A DNA stretch of 64,000 bases from Octopus vulgaris (Eukaryota): positions 207,142,001-207,206,000 of the forward strand of contig OX597815.1 in assembly GCA_951406725.2 (NCBI GenBank). Direction: 5' to 3'. Below, in pieces: positions 11,747 through 24,330 of this stretch (position 1 is the first letter of the stretch; the number at the start of each line of letters is the position of its first letter). The notes beneath the pieces were generated by a model. It did not search any database, was not told the origin of the DNA, and was given only the letters and a program-made list of their open reading frames with translations. Position numbers and translations under genes: made by a program.

Positions 11747-12425
11747 GGCGGCGAGCTGGCAGAATCGTTAGCACGCCGGGCGAAATGCTTTGCGGTATTT
11801 CGTCTGCGTTACGTTGTGAGTTCAAATTCCGCCGAGGTCGACTTTGCCTTTCATCCTTTCGGGGGTCGATAAATTAAGTACCAGTTACGCACTGGGGTCG
11901 ATGTAATCGACTTAATACAATACCTATGTCTGTCCTTGTTTGTCCCCTCTGTGTTTAGCCCCTTGTGGGTAATAAAGAAATAGGTATTTCGTCTGCCTCT
12001 ACGTTCTGAGTTCAAATTACGCCGAGTCGACTTTGGCTTTCATCCTTTCGGGGTCGATTAAATAAGTACCAGTTACGCACTGGGGTCCATGTAATCGACT
12101 TAATCCCTTTGTCTGTCCTTGTTTGTCCCCTCTTTGTTAAGCCCCTTGTGGGCAATAAAGAAATAAGAAACGTTAGCACGCCGGGCGAAATGCTTAGCAG
12201 TATTTCATCTGCCTCTACGTTCTGAGTTAAAACTCCGCCGAGGTCGACTTTGCCTTTCATCCATTCAGGGTCGATTAAATAAGTACCAGTTACGCTACGC
12301 ACTGGGGTCGTTATAATCGACTTAATCCATTTGTCTGTCCTTGTGTATCCCTTCCGTGTTTAGCCTCTTGTGGGTAGTAAAGAAATAGGTATTTCGTCTG
12401 CCGTTACGTTCTCAGTTCAAATTCC
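11747..12425 (+). mobile_element. Tandem multimer of SINE family A (about four units)
   Basis: Full head ggcggcgagctggcagaatcgttagcacgccgggcg followed by repeated bodies. Confidence 0.9.
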
Positions 12426-12429
12426 GAGA

Positions 12430-12900
12430 AGTCTGGATTATCTTCCTATGATAATGGCTTATCGACTTCCGACCGTGCTGCAATCGATCCGTTATAAGAG
12501 TAAACAATATGGAATTATCTTCCTCTCTCTTTAGCCATAAATTTCCGGTGGTTCTCAAAAGACCAGCAGAAATCTCCTAAAATGCAAACATGGCCCGAAA
12601 ATCTCCGTTGTGGGGTTAAGTTTAGCCCTTGGCTCGAATGTGTCCCTTAGGATTCTCGTGCGTTCGGCTATGCATAGCTTGTAGCCTTTCGCATCGTCAA
12701 TGTAGGGGTATGGATTTTCGAGGATTCTCTATAAGATCGAGAATCCAATAGGTCTTGGGGTCTGAAGATACGCCATTAATTTTACCTCTTTATGGACGGG
12801 AAACCTGGGGTAATACCATAAACCAGCCTTCACCAGGAAACAATGTAGACTGCTCTACTTCTTAGAGTTTGCTTCTTCTCCGGATTTGCTTTTTTCGAAA
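12430..12900. repeat. Unclassified dispersed repeat, related to 25755-26015
   Basis: Shared gatacgccat...ctttatggacgggaaa...ccataaacc...ctgctctac...tgcttcttctc(c/t)ggatttg; both copies abut (TA)n. Confidence 0.7.
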
Positions 12901-12904
12901 AACA

Positions 12905-12908
<4 letters not shown>

Positions 12909-12992
<84 letters not shown>
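12909..12992. repeat. (TA)n microsatellite
   Basis: Direct reading. Confidence 0.95.
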
Positions 12993-13359
12993 GCTTGCAT
13001 TGAGTATAATCATGTGAAATATTTATACTTCCTACATGTTTTTTCTACGAACACATTAGTTCTTTCAAAGTTTTCAATGTCCTGCATTCTTTAAATTCAA
13101 TCCACCTCTTCATTTCACAGTCGTTCTGTCTGCCTTCTGTCTCACAGTCAGACTGGCTGTCCTCTTTCGCTTCCTCTCACTCTCTATTTATCTCCTTTCT
13201 CTCGCCCTGTGTGTGTGTGTGTGTGTGTGTGTGTAGGTTGGTATGTGTGCGAAAGTGTTAGAGAAAGAGAGTGAATGTGGGCGTGCATATGTGCATACAT
13301 ATACACGTATGTCTTTTTATGCATGTATTTAGACATACACAGGTATATCAAATGCCATA

Positions 13360-13540
13360 CAACATAAATTCTTGGAGTGTTGCAGAAGTGGGATACTCAA
13401 GGAAACATAAAGCGAAGATCTGAAGGCCGGTTTGAAAACGCTTAGTCTTACAGGGGAAGCAACACCGAACTGCGATATGAGGCGCGCTGATGTACTCAAA
13501 AAGACCCACCCACCACAATAGAATTGATATGCTAAAACTA
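13360..13540 (+). mobile_element. Degraded RTE LINE 3' fragment
   Basis: Translates GILKET*SEDLKAGLKTLSLTGEATPNCDMRRADVLKKTHP, resembling the RTE C-terminal GRPRKTW...DR..WR motif. Confidence 0.55.
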
Positions 13541-13544
13541 ATCT

Positions 13545-13815
13545 GCCTGTGACACCAGCATCGTTATGGATACTGGTGCCACGGGAAAAGCACTGGTGTT
13601 GGGGCCATGTAAAAAGCATCGGTGATGGTATCACATAAAAAGCACCCAGTACACCCTGTAAAGTGGTTGGTATTAGGATAGGCATGCAGATGTAGAAACC
13701 AAGCCAAAATAGACCAAGCAACCTGGTGCGGCCCTTGGTCTTGTCAGTTCCTGTCAAGCCGTCCGACCCATGCCAGCAAGGAAAACGGAGGTTAAATGTT
13801 GATGAAGGTGATGAT
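13545..13815 (+). mobile_element. SINE with RTE-type tail
   Basis: Repeated aaaagcac motifs, gtaaagtggttgg..ttagga.aggcat, cccatgccagca.ggaaaacgga.gttaaatg and (gat)n tail. Confidence 0.7.
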
Positions 13816-14074
13816 CTCTGTCTCTAGAGGACGAATCATAAATATCAAATCGCAATTAAGACCAGCTCCATTTGAAAAGGGAGTCAGAATGATGTGGACG
13901 CCTCTGATGAGAACTCAATAAGGTTCGAAAATTAAGGTTGGTCATCATTTTTACAGTCTGCAGAGAAATGGCTAAAAATATTGCCCTGTTTATAATTATA
14001 CCATATGCTACTTGTGTATATATACATATGTATACATTTCCAACAATGTTTCTGACGAAGCTGTCATTAATTAT

Positions 14075-14280
14075 AGGCGCATGAGTGGCTGTGTGGTAAA
14101 TAGCTTGCTTAACAAAACCACATGGTTCCGGTTTCACTCCCACTGCATGGCACCTTGGTCAAGTGTCTTCTACTATAGCCTCAGGCCGACCAAAGCCTTG
14201 TGAGCGAATTTGGTAGGCGGAAACTGAAAGAAGTTTGTCGTATATATATATATATATGTATATGTATATGTGTGTATGTA

Positions 14281-14342
<62 letters not shown>

Positions 14343-14550
14343 GTGTGTATGTGTGTCTGTCCCCCAACATCGCTTGTCAACCGGTGCTGATGTGTTTACG
14401 TCCTCGTAACTTAGCGTTTGGTAAAAGAGACCGATAGAATAAGTACTAGGCTTACATAGAATAAGTCCTGGGGTCGATTCGCACGACTAAAGGTAGTGTT
14501 CCAGCATGGCCACAGTCAAATGACTGAAACAAGTAAAAGAATAAAAGAGT
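14075..14550 (+). mobile_element. SINE family B
   Basis: Full-length copy with an expanded internal (TG)n. Confidence 0.92.
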
Positions 14551-14706
14551 AGAAGAATATGCTCAAAATTCAAGACTTCTCCAAAGTCGATGTAAACCTT
14601 AAGAGAAAGGACAGGCTTATTGGAAATGAGAGAACAATCATGGACATGTGTGTGTATGCATGTATGTATGTTGTTATTTAGTTTTATTTCAAGATTTCTG
14701 GCCAAT

Positions 14707-15130
14707 AGGCGTAGGGGTGGCTGTGTGGTAAGTAGCTTGCTTACCAACCACATGGTTCCGGGTTCAGTACCACTGCGTGGCACCTTGGGCAGGTGTATTC
14801 TACTATAGCCTTGGGTCGACCAAAGCCTTGTGAGTGGATTTGGTAGACGGAAACTGAAAGAAGCCTGTCGTATATATGCATATATATGTGTGTGTATGTT
14901 TGTGTGTCTGTGTTTGTCCCCCCTAGCATCGCTTGACAACCGATGCTGGTTTGTTTATGTCCTCGTAACTTAGCGATTAGGCAAAAGAGACCGATAGAAT
15001 AAGTTCTAGGCTTGCAAAGAATAAGTCCTGGGGTCGATTTGCTCGACTAAAGGCGGTGCTCCAGCATGACTGAAACAGGTAAATGACTGAAACAGGTAAA
15101 TGACTGAAACAAGTGAAAGAATAAAAGAAA
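14707..15130 (+). mobile_element. SINE family B
   Basis: Full-length copy; 17-bp unit tgactgaaacaggtaaa repeated about three times in the tail. Confidence 0.92.
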
Positions 15131-15199
15131 GAAAGAATAGAGAAAGGGCCGGTTTCTAACCTACATCCAATGCTGCTTCGCTGGAATTTCAACAACAGG

Positions 15200-15390
15200 G
15201 TATGTATGTATGTATGTATGTATGTATGTATGTATGTATGTATGTATGTATGTATGTATGTATGTATGTATGTATGTATGTATGTATGTATGTATGTATG
15301 TATGTATGTATGTATGTATGTATGTATGTATGTATGTATGTATGTATGTATGTATGTATGTATGTATGTATGTATGTATGTATGTATGTT

Positions 15391-15451
<61 letters not shown>

Positions 15452-15535
15452 GTTTGTATGTTTTGTTTTATGTGTGTATTATCATGCATATAACTGCGTA
15501 TGTATGTATGTGTGTATGTATGTATGTATGTATGT

Positions 15536-15571
<36 letters not shown>

Positions 15572-15642
15572 GTGTGTATATGTATGTATGCATGTGTATG
15601 TATGTATGTATATATGTGTGTATGTATGTATGTATGTATGTA
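15200..15642. repeat. Long (TATG)n/(TG)n compound microsatellite
   Basis: About 190 bp of perfect TATG followed by TG and mixed units. Confidence 0.97.
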
Positions 15643-15863
15643 TATTTCTTTACTACCCACAAGAGGCTAAACATAGAGGGGACAAACAAGGGGATTAAGC
15701 CGATTACATCGACCCCAGTGCGTAACTGGTACTTTATTTATCGACCCCGAAAGGATGAAAGGCAAAGTCGACCTCGGCGGAATTTGAACTCAGAACGTTA
15801 CGGCAGACGAAATACCGCAAAGCATTTCGCCCGGCGTGCTAACGTTTCTGCCAGCTCGCCGCC
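15643..15863 (-). mobile_element. SINE family A
   Basis: Full-length reverse copy inserted in the TATG array. Confidence 0.92.
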
Positions 15864-16443
15864 TTGTATGTATGGGTGTGTATGCATGTATGTATGTATG
15901 TATGTATGTATGTATGTATGTATGCATGCATGCATGCATGCATGCATGCATGCATGTGCGTACATATGTTCGTTCTTGATATTATTTTTACAAATTTCTT
16001 ACCAATGGAGAAATGGCTGGATTCTAGCCTAGAAGCAAAATTCGCTGAGTTGCTACATAGTCATGGTAGGAACATTTTTGATCAACTAGTCGAAAGGGAA
16101 GTGAGCGGATTTATGAAATAGCTGTTTCGTGAAGTCCCATGTTTTATGGCAAAGGAAGTAGACAACTAAAAAAATGTAAAAAATTGAAATTTTCGAAAAG
16201 AAAAACTAAAGCAGATTCGTAATTTCCGTTTTATGAAAAATAGATTTACGGCATATTTCGAATTTTAATGTTTGTAAAATGGTGAAGTCGAGGACACTGA
16301 AATATTTCTATTTGTACAAAGAAGCAAACACGTGTGTGCGTGTTTGTTGTGACTATGTTTGTCCTCCACCACCGCTTGACAACTGGCATTGGCGTATTTA
16401 CGTCCCCATAACTCAGCAGTTCGGCATAAGATACCGATAGTAT

Positions 16444-16831
16444 GGAATGGAAGTACTCCGTCGGTTACGACGACGAGGGTTCCGGTTGATCCGAATCAAC
16501 GGAACAGCCTGCTCGTGAAATTAACGTGTAAGTGGCTGAGCACTCCGCAGACACGTGTACCCTTAACGTAGTTCTCGGGGATATTCAGCGTGACACAGAG
16601 AGTGACAAGGCCGGTCCTTTGAAATACAGGTACAACAGAAACAGGAAGTAAGAGTGAGAGAAAGTTGTGGTGAAAGAGTACAGCAGAGATCACCACCATC
16701 CCTGCCGGAGCCTCGTGGAGCTTTAGGTGTTTTCGCTCAATAAACACTCACAACGCCCGGTCTGGGAATCGAAACCGCGATCCTACGACCGCGAGTCCGC
16801 TGTTCTAACCACTGGGCCATTGCGCCTCCAC
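16444..16831 (-). mobile_element. SINE family C nested in a family B remnant
   Basis: TSD cgatagtat at 16435-16443 and 16832-16840; B fragments on both sides. Confidence 0.92.
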
Positions 16832-16995
16832 CGATAGTATAAGAACCAATCTTAAAAACAGGTTCGTTCGACTAGAACTTTTCATCGTGGTGCCCAACAT
16901 TGCCGCAGTTTATTGGCTGAAAGAAGTAAAAAAAAAATATCGATAAAATACAAAAGGTCAGGTTTCATTGAAAGAAAAGTAATATATGGCGATGA

Positions 16996-17373
16996 GTGGA
17001 GGCGCAATGGCCCAGTGGTTAGGGCAGCGGACTCGCGGTCGTAGGATCGCAGTTTCGATTCCCAGATCGGGCGTTGTGAGTGTTTATTGAGCGAAAACAC
17101 CTAAAGCTCCACGAGGCTCCGGCAGTAGATGGTGGTGATCCCTGCTGTACTCTTTCGCCACAACTTTCTCTTACTTCCTGTTTCTGTTGTACCTGTATTT
17201 CAAAGGGCCGGCCTTGTCACTCTCTGTGTCACGCTGAATATCCCCGAGAACTACGTTAAGGGTACACGTGTCTGTGGAGTGCTCAGCCACTTACACGTTA
17301 ATTTCACGAGCAGGCTGTTCCGTTGATCGGATCAACCGGAACCCTCGTCGTCGTAACCGACGGAGTGCTTCCA
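16996..17373 (+). mobile_element. SINE family C
   Basis: Full-length copy; flanking atatggcga duplication. Confidence 0.92.
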
Positions 17374-18309
17374 AAAAATATGGCGAAGGAGAGAAACAGA
17401 TGGAAGAATGACCGACCAGAAGTCTTGTGACGTATGTCCTGGCTCTTTTTATTCCATTCTCAGTTCAAATTCCATCGCAGTGTACATGGACAACAGAGTT
17501 AATCCGTGGTCCGTTTTGAAACCGGATCTATTCCATCTCAATCACAGATTTTTTAATTAATATTTTTTAACTAAACAGTTTGAAACTTCGAATACTAATA
17601 GTATTTCTCACGTAGAACACGGTTTACTCTGAACGTTTTTGACAAAATTTCGTAACCACTCTGTTCGAAGAATCAACACCAAGAAGGAAGAAATATTATT
17701 TACATATATTTATTCGTTGCCCGACATCGGTGTTTTATCCACACATAAAGCGCGCCGGTGTTTAAAAGACCTATAGAGCAACGAGTCCGCAGCTAGCTTT
17801 TTTTGTTGTTAACGTATATGTAGTTTCAAAATACCTTATTTTACAATTATGAGATGAATTGTTATTGCTATGATTTTATCTTACTATAATCAACGACAAA
17901 CACATTTCGTCAATATAAAAGTCTTTATTAGATTTAAAAAAATAGCATTATCAAAGCATGAAGGTAAAACAAAATAAGTAGCGGTTTATACACCGGAAAG
18001 TACGGTAATTGTAGTGGCAATGACAAGTTCGCTCGCTAGTTGCTAGTTGATAATGTAAAAGGGAGGGAGAGAGTAAGGAATGCACGGTGCTGACTAGAAA
18101 GGAAGAAAGGATAAAGGTGGCATCGTCTTCGCTCGCCATACGAATAGAACAGAGTGATGACATTTAGTAGAGAGGACCCGGAAGTTGTTCCTTTTCGATT
18201 ACTATCGCAAACAGCCAGTAGCTTACTTCAACAGAATACACGTCGTTGATTGGTTGAAATTACCCAAATACGACAACTTTAACACGAAATAACTACGTTA
18301 TTATAACGT

Positions 18310-18727
18310 AGGCGTAGGAGTGGCTGTGTGGTAAGTAGCTTGCTTACGAACCCCATGGTTCCAGGTTCAGTCCCACTGCGTAGCACCTTGGGCAAGTGTC
18401 TTCTACTATAGCCTCGGGCCGACCAAAGCTTTGTGAGTGGATTTGGTCGACGCAAACTGAAAGAAGCCCGTCGTATATATGTATGCATATATATATATAC
18501 ATACATATATATATGTGTGTCTGTTCGTGTGTCTGTCTTTGCCCCTCCCTCCCCCAACATCTGGTGTGTTTACGTCCACGTAACTTGACGGTTCGGCAAA
18601 AAGAGACCGATAGAATAAGTACTAGGCTTACAAAGAATAAGTCCTGGGGTCGATTTGCTCGACTAAAAGTTGGTGCTCCAGCATGGCCACAGTCAAATGA
18701 CTGAAACATGTAAAAGAGTAAAAGAGA
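18310..18727 (+). mobile_element. SINE family B
   Basis: Full-length copy. Confidence 0.92.
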
Positions 18728-18884
18728 TAAGTCAATACAGAGTACAACTTTTATTTGGCCTATCGAAGTGTGTATATATTAGATCAGTCTGTGTTCCTTG
18801 TAGTCTACGTATATAAAAGTCAGGACAAATATCGTTAAACATTTCATAGGGATTTGGTTATTTTACTGTCCTAATTATTAGTTA

Positions 18885-19298
18885 TTTAGTTAGTTAATTT
18901 TTTTGGCTCAGAAAGCAAAAAGCAAGGCCATGTAGGGGGACATTGAGTTATGTACAGGGTGGTGTTCATGTAAAGAGTTCAGGCCACTTGTGGTCAAAGG
19001 AGACTTTGAACCGAGCGGTCGTCGGCATCTTCACTATCTCGTCCGGCAGCATATTCCACGAATCCGCAACCCGGACGGAGAAAGCTCCTCTCCTTCGATT
19101 GAGATGAAATCGTCGCAGATAGAGCTTTTCGGAGTGACCCCGCAGCCGACGCTCTGGAGCAGGAGTGAAGAACAGCTCTTTCGAGAGGTTACACTTTCCG
19201 CTTATGATGTTGTGAGCAAGAATGAGATCACCACGGCGTCATCGTTTCTCTAGAGAATAAAGGTTTAGCGTCTTCAGCCTTTCTTCATAAGACAAATT
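18885..19298 (-). mobile_element. CR1-clade LINE 3' end (5'-truncated)
   Basis: Minus strand encodes LSYEERLKTLNLYSLEKR*RRGDLILAHNIISG...LRGHSEKL...RRGAFSVRVADSWNMLPDEIV...FKVSFDHKW, the canonical CR1 ORF2 C-terminus; short 3'UTR and (taac)n-like tail. Confidence 0.9.
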
Positions 19299-19569
19299 GT
19301 AACACGCGGGACAGTATGCTTAGCGGCATGTTCAATTTCCGCCGAGGTCGACTGTATCTTTCATTGTTTCGAAGTCGATAAAAACCAGTACCAGTTTAGC
19401 ACTGGTATTGATGTATTCGACTGGCTCTCTCCCGTTCCCTGCCCCTTAAATTTGTATGTATATATTTGTGCATGCGTGTGTGTGTACGTGAGTGTGTGTG
19501 AGTGTTAGTTCAGATGGATAGATGAATGAATGTATGTGTGTACTTTGATAATACACACATAAATATGTC

Positions 19570-19606
<37 letters not shown>

Positions 19607-19742
19607 ACGTGTGTATGCATGTGTGTGTATGTATATATGTAGAGATAAATGGATGAATGTGTGTAAGTGCGTACGTTCATGATACACTTACAAACATACA
19701 TACACGCACACAAATATGTATGTATGTATGTATGTATGTTTG

Positions 19743-19836
<94 letters not shown>

Positions 19837-20137
19837 CCCGGTGTGCTAATGGTTCCACCAGCTCGCCGCCTTGTCTAGTTGACTAAAAATAAAAGAAGTG
19901 AAATAGGACCAGTGTGAGTGTTTATCATTGGCATTATGACCCTCCCAAGATATAATAAAATCTGTTTCAACTCACGATTTCACATTGAGAATCTTGCAAA
20001 CCAACTACAAAAACGACATACATACATACATATATACACTTATACACATACATGCATACATACATACACATACGCACACGCACATAGAAGTACACACACA
20101 GAGGCATACAATAAGTAATTTATATTTATGCGCCCTT

Positions 20138-20378
20138 TTCAAGCCTAGCCAGGCTCATGGGCCCGGTTTCCCGGTTTCTGCAGCCTATGTGATCTCCTCA
20201 GCTGGACGGGATGCCAGAAACAGGAAGAAAGAGTGAGAGAAAGTTGGGGCGAAAGAGTACAACAGGGGTCGCCACCACCCCCTACCAGAGTCTCGTGGAG
20301 CTTTTAGGTGTTTTCGCGCAATAAACACACGCTGCGCCCGGTCTGGGAATCGAAACCGCGATCCTCCGACCGCGAGTT
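20138..20378 (-). mobile_element. SINE with family-C-like head and RTE-type tail
   Basis: C-like head and body joined to the gaaaccgggaaaccgggcccatgagcctggctaggctt tail shared with 25278-25482. Confidence 0.8.
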
Positions 20379-21219
20379 GCCTTCGTTACACAATAATTCC
20401 GAAACTTCCAATTCATTGTACATGTGTATGTGTATGGTTATGTGTGTGCATGTGTGCGCCTGTTTCCTCTCCTCCTCACGCACACTCTTTCTCTTACTCT
20501 CCCTCTCTTTCACTCTCTCCCTTTCTTTCACTCGCTCTCTCTTTCTCCCATACACATACTCTTCTTCTATTTCTCCCTCTCACTCTTTCTCCCGCCCTCC
20601 CCAATCACATCTCCATAAATATAAATTCAGAATCTGTACCGGAACCTAGGAACCGGACAGCCACAGAGCAAACTTGGAGCAGAGAGGGGATGTCTTTGAT
20701 GAAGTCTGTGTGTGTTGTGTTTGTGCTATATGTGTGTATGGTAAATAATTTTAAAACAATAACGAACTTAATATAAAAAAATTATCTGATGTCAAGCAAC
20801 TTTATTTAAATACAGGATTAATCACCTGTTGTTTTACCACATCAGGTAACGATATTAATACACTTGCATTGCCTAGTGATCTGAAGAGCCGCTGAAACTG
20901 GCATTTGTGGAATAATACAGCATTTGTATGTATGGGATTCAGTATGAACAAACACACACACAGATATTTGTCTCTCTCTCACTCACGCACACACACAAAT
21001 ACATGTACATACGCACACATACATTGTAAGAGGTAGAAGTTACGCTTGACATAATTATTGCACTTATATTCTGTTTTAGCGATCCGTGACAGGTTGAAAT
21101 GTAACGTCGACCTCTTTGGAATTTTAACTCAATAATTATTATAATTATAATGTATTTAGTCATAAGATTGTGAACTATATTTGTGCGCCTGTATGTATAT
21201 GTGCGTATATATATGACCT

Positions 21220-21570
21220 TTTTGTGTGTACAGTTTGTGACAGACCATGCCTTTCATTTGCTGGGATCAAATCTTATTTGCGAACTCCTGGAAAACGAAC
21301 CTCCATCAACTATTCTGCCTATATGTCTGTGCACAGCTTTCTATGCACTGTATGCCAGGTCTACAAATCTAACGGAGGCTTCAGAAGATATTTTAAGATC
21401 CACAAAGATCAGAACTTAACTGCAGTTCTTGGTGGTTGGTCCAAATCGGATATGCAATCTATTGTGGGTGTCTTTTCAAAATATTGTCTTGTTTAAAAAG
21501 CCACATCAGATACCATGTTGGTTCTAAGATGTAGGTATAGGAGGTGGTCAAACTCTGCGTAAGGAGTAGA
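21220..21570 (+). mobile_element. Degraded LINE (probably RTE) 3' region with C2H2 zinc-finger remnants
   Basis: VCTVCDRPCLSFAGIKSYLRT and LCTVCQVYKSNGGFRRYFKIH resemble degenerate C2H2 fingers; no splice signals or intact frame. Confidence 0.5.
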
Positions 21571-21573
21571 CAA

Positions 21574-21978
21574 CGCCGGAGTGGCTGTGTGGTAAGTAGC
21601 TCGCTTATCAATCAGATGGTTCCGGGTTCAGTCCCACTGCGTGGCATCTTCGGCAAGTGTCTTCTACTATAGCCTCGGTTCGACCAAAGCTTTGTGAGTG
21701 GATTTGGTAGACGGAAACTGAAAGAAGTCCATCGTATATGTGTGTGTGTGTGTGTGTGTGTATGGTTGTGTGTCTGTGTTGATCCTCTAGCATTGCTTGA
21801 CAACCGATGCTGGTGTGTTTATGTCCCCGTCACTTAGCGGTTCGGCAAAACAGACCGATAGAATAAGGACTAAGCTTACAAAGAATAAGTCCCGGGGTCG
21901 ATATGCTTGACTAAAGGCAGTGCTCCAGCATGGCCGCAGTCAAACGACTGAAACAAGTAAAAGAGAGTAAAGAGAGTA
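21574..21978 (+). mobile_element. SINE family B
   Basis: Near full-length copy. Confidence 0.9.
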
Positions 21979-22269
21979 ACCACCATATATATGTGTGTTT
22001 GTATATATGTGTGTGTATGCATGTAGTTGTGTGTGTGTATATGTATGCACTTGTGTGTGTATATATATATGTTTGAATTGATTGGATGTGTGTGTATATA
22101 TGTATATATGAATGTACGTATGTATGTATACACACGTGCTAACTCTTTTTTTCTTTCGTTTTGTAATTGTTTGTAGAATTAGTAACAGATGGTGTTGTTT
22201 CATACCAAGTAAAACTTACCGGTGGAATCCATCCACGACCATTTTATCTTTTTTTGGTATGGTTTACCT

Positions 22270-22456
22270 CATCTTTTATCTTTTGGTTGTTTCAGTCATT
22301 AGGTTATGGCCATGCTGGGGCATTGCATTAAGGAATTTTAGTCTGGCGAATCTACCACGGTACTTATTTTCTTTCTAAGTCTGGTACTTATTCAATCGGT
22401 CAAACTGCTACACTACAGAGACCTAAAAACACACGAACACCAGTTGTCAAGACCAC

Positions 22457-22510
<54 letters not shown>

Positions 22511-22660
22511 GACAAGTTTTCAGCTTTTCTCTATCAAATCCTCTCACAAGGCTTTGGTCGGTCAGAAGCTATAGTAAAAGACGCTTGTCCAAGGTGCCAT
22601 AGAGTGGAACTGAACCCAGAATCATTGGTTTTGAAGCAAGCCTCTTACCACACACCCACA
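22270..22660 (-). mobile_element. Degenerate SINE family B
   Basis: Diverged reverse copy with internal (TA)n. Confidence 0.8.
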
Positions 22661-22701
22661 GTTACATTATCTATTATGCATCTTACTTTTCTATAATTTA
22701 A

Positions 22702-23091
22702 GTGGAGGCGCAATGGCCCAGTGGTTAGGGCAGCGGAATCGCGGTCGTAGAATCACGGTTTCGATTCCCAGACCGGGCGTTGTGAGTGTTTATTGAGCGA
22801 AAACACCTAAAAGCTCCACGAGGCTCCGGCAGGGGATGGTGGTGATCCCTGCTGTACTCTTTCACCACAACTTTCTCTCACTCTTACTTCCTGTTTCTGT
22901 TGTACCTGTATTTCAAGGGGCCGGCCTTGTCACTCTCTGTGTCACGCTGAATATCCCCGAGAACTACGTTAAGGGTGCACGTGTCTGTGGAGTGCTCAGC
23001 CACTTACACGTTAATTTCACGAGCAGGCTGTTCCGTTGATTCGGATCAACCGGAACCCTCATTGTCGTAACCGACGGAGTGCTTCCATCCA
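22702..23091 (+). mobile_element. SINE family C
   Basis: Full-length copy, nearly identical to the copies at 5599 and 16444. Confidence 0.92.
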
Positions 23092-23296
23092 GCTACTAAT
23101 TTGAGGGTAATTTTGTTACCATTTCCAGCAGACAGGGCGATCTAATACGAGTATCCTTTTTAAGTGACTGGGTAATATGTCGGTGTGAAGCACTCGACAA
23201 CAACAACAACAACGGTTCGAACAAAAGAATGAATCTTAAATAAGAAGTAAAAATCTCACCCTTTTTTTGAAGGCGGGTTTATCGTAAGCGTTTGAC

Positions 23297-23980
23297 CAGT
23301 GTTTCTCGACATTTTATTTTTTTTACCTATGGATCCCTTTTATTCCTATTTTACACGAATGGACCGTCATACATTGAATGGTTATTAAAAAGTTAAATGT
23401 TTCATCGGGTTTCCGCGACGTTTCGAAGCTCTCATTACTGCGTTTATTGTTTATTTTCAGAAGTCTTTAAAAAACGACACCGTCTTCATGTTTCTTTTTA
23501 TCTTACTGTAATTTTCAAACAATATGTAATATATTTTACTCAGATGGATCCTCATAACCATTCTAGGTTTCGAAAATCCTATTACATTTTTATGATTAAA
23601 TATTATTAGGAATTGTATAAAAATTTTAAAAAACAACCTATTTCGAGTATTGTAAAGGCAGCAAGCTGGCAGAATCGTTGGCACTCATGACAAAATGCTT
23701 CGCGACATTTCGTTCATCTTTACGTTCTGAGCTGAAATTCCGCCGAAATCGTCTTTCCTTTTCATCCTTTCGGGATCGATAAAATAAGTACCAGTTGAAC
23801 ACTGGAGATGATACTGTCGACTTACCCCTCCCTGAAACTGCTGGCATTGTACTAACATTTTGAAATCTATATCTTGTGTGTTGTAGAAATAAAACCAATC
23901 TATTTCATATAAATTTTAGCAACAAAATCTTACGTGGACCACCCACCAAGGCTCATATGGGCCCCTTTTGAGAACCACTG
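23297..23980. mobile_element. hAT-Charlie non-autonomous element containing a nested SINE A (23655-23865)
   Basis: TIRs cagtgtttctc / gagaaccactg; 8-bp TSD cgtt(t/a)gac. Confidence 0.82.
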
Positions 23981-24039
23981 CGTTAGACTGACCTTAAAAG
24001 CATCGTCCTTATTCCCTTGTTTGATCATTTTAAGAGACG

Positions 24040-24330
24040 AGATGAAATACCGTTCTCTGGTCGGTATTTCACTTGGTTTGATGCCTGGAGGCTTCCGTCG
24101 AGAAGAACGTCTGATCGCTCGATTGCAAATCATGGCGCGTCTACACGGGCAATCCGTAAAACATTTATATTGCCGTCCCCCTAAGATATACCTACTATTG
24201 CTCTAACCAACCTGGAAATCCCAGAAGTGGTGATTCCTTATTGTCGTATACAAGCAGGATACCCGCAACTGGTGCAACGACAATGAACACGTTTTATAAA
24301 CAAGAAATATGTAACTGAACAGCTTGCTCA
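24040..24330 (+). mobile_element. Possible degraded I/Nimb-type LINE C-terminal fragment
   Basis: GFRREERLIARLQI resembles the RREEVxLxRLRIGH motif downstream of LINE RNase H. Confidence 0.35.

Noticed and set aside
14977-16032. Long ORFs of 227 and 276 aa (also 34423-35305 and similar)
   Set aside because: Translations of (TATG)n/(TG)n/(TA)n repeats that lack stop codons; no coding signal.
18170-18260. Promoter-like cluster (ccggaagt, cacgtc, gattgg)
   Set aside because: Short motifs expected by chance, lying in what looks like decayed DNA-transposon sequence; no downstream exon found.
21170-21496. Host C2H2 zinc-finger gene
   Set aside because: Fingers are degenerate (missing His, wrong spacing), lack TGEKP linkers and splice sites; better explained as a LINE C-terminal remnant.
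22702-22775. tRNA-like sequence with box A and box B
   Set aside because: No complete cloverleaf acceptor stem, and it continues into a SINE body; it is a SINE head, not a tRNA gene.
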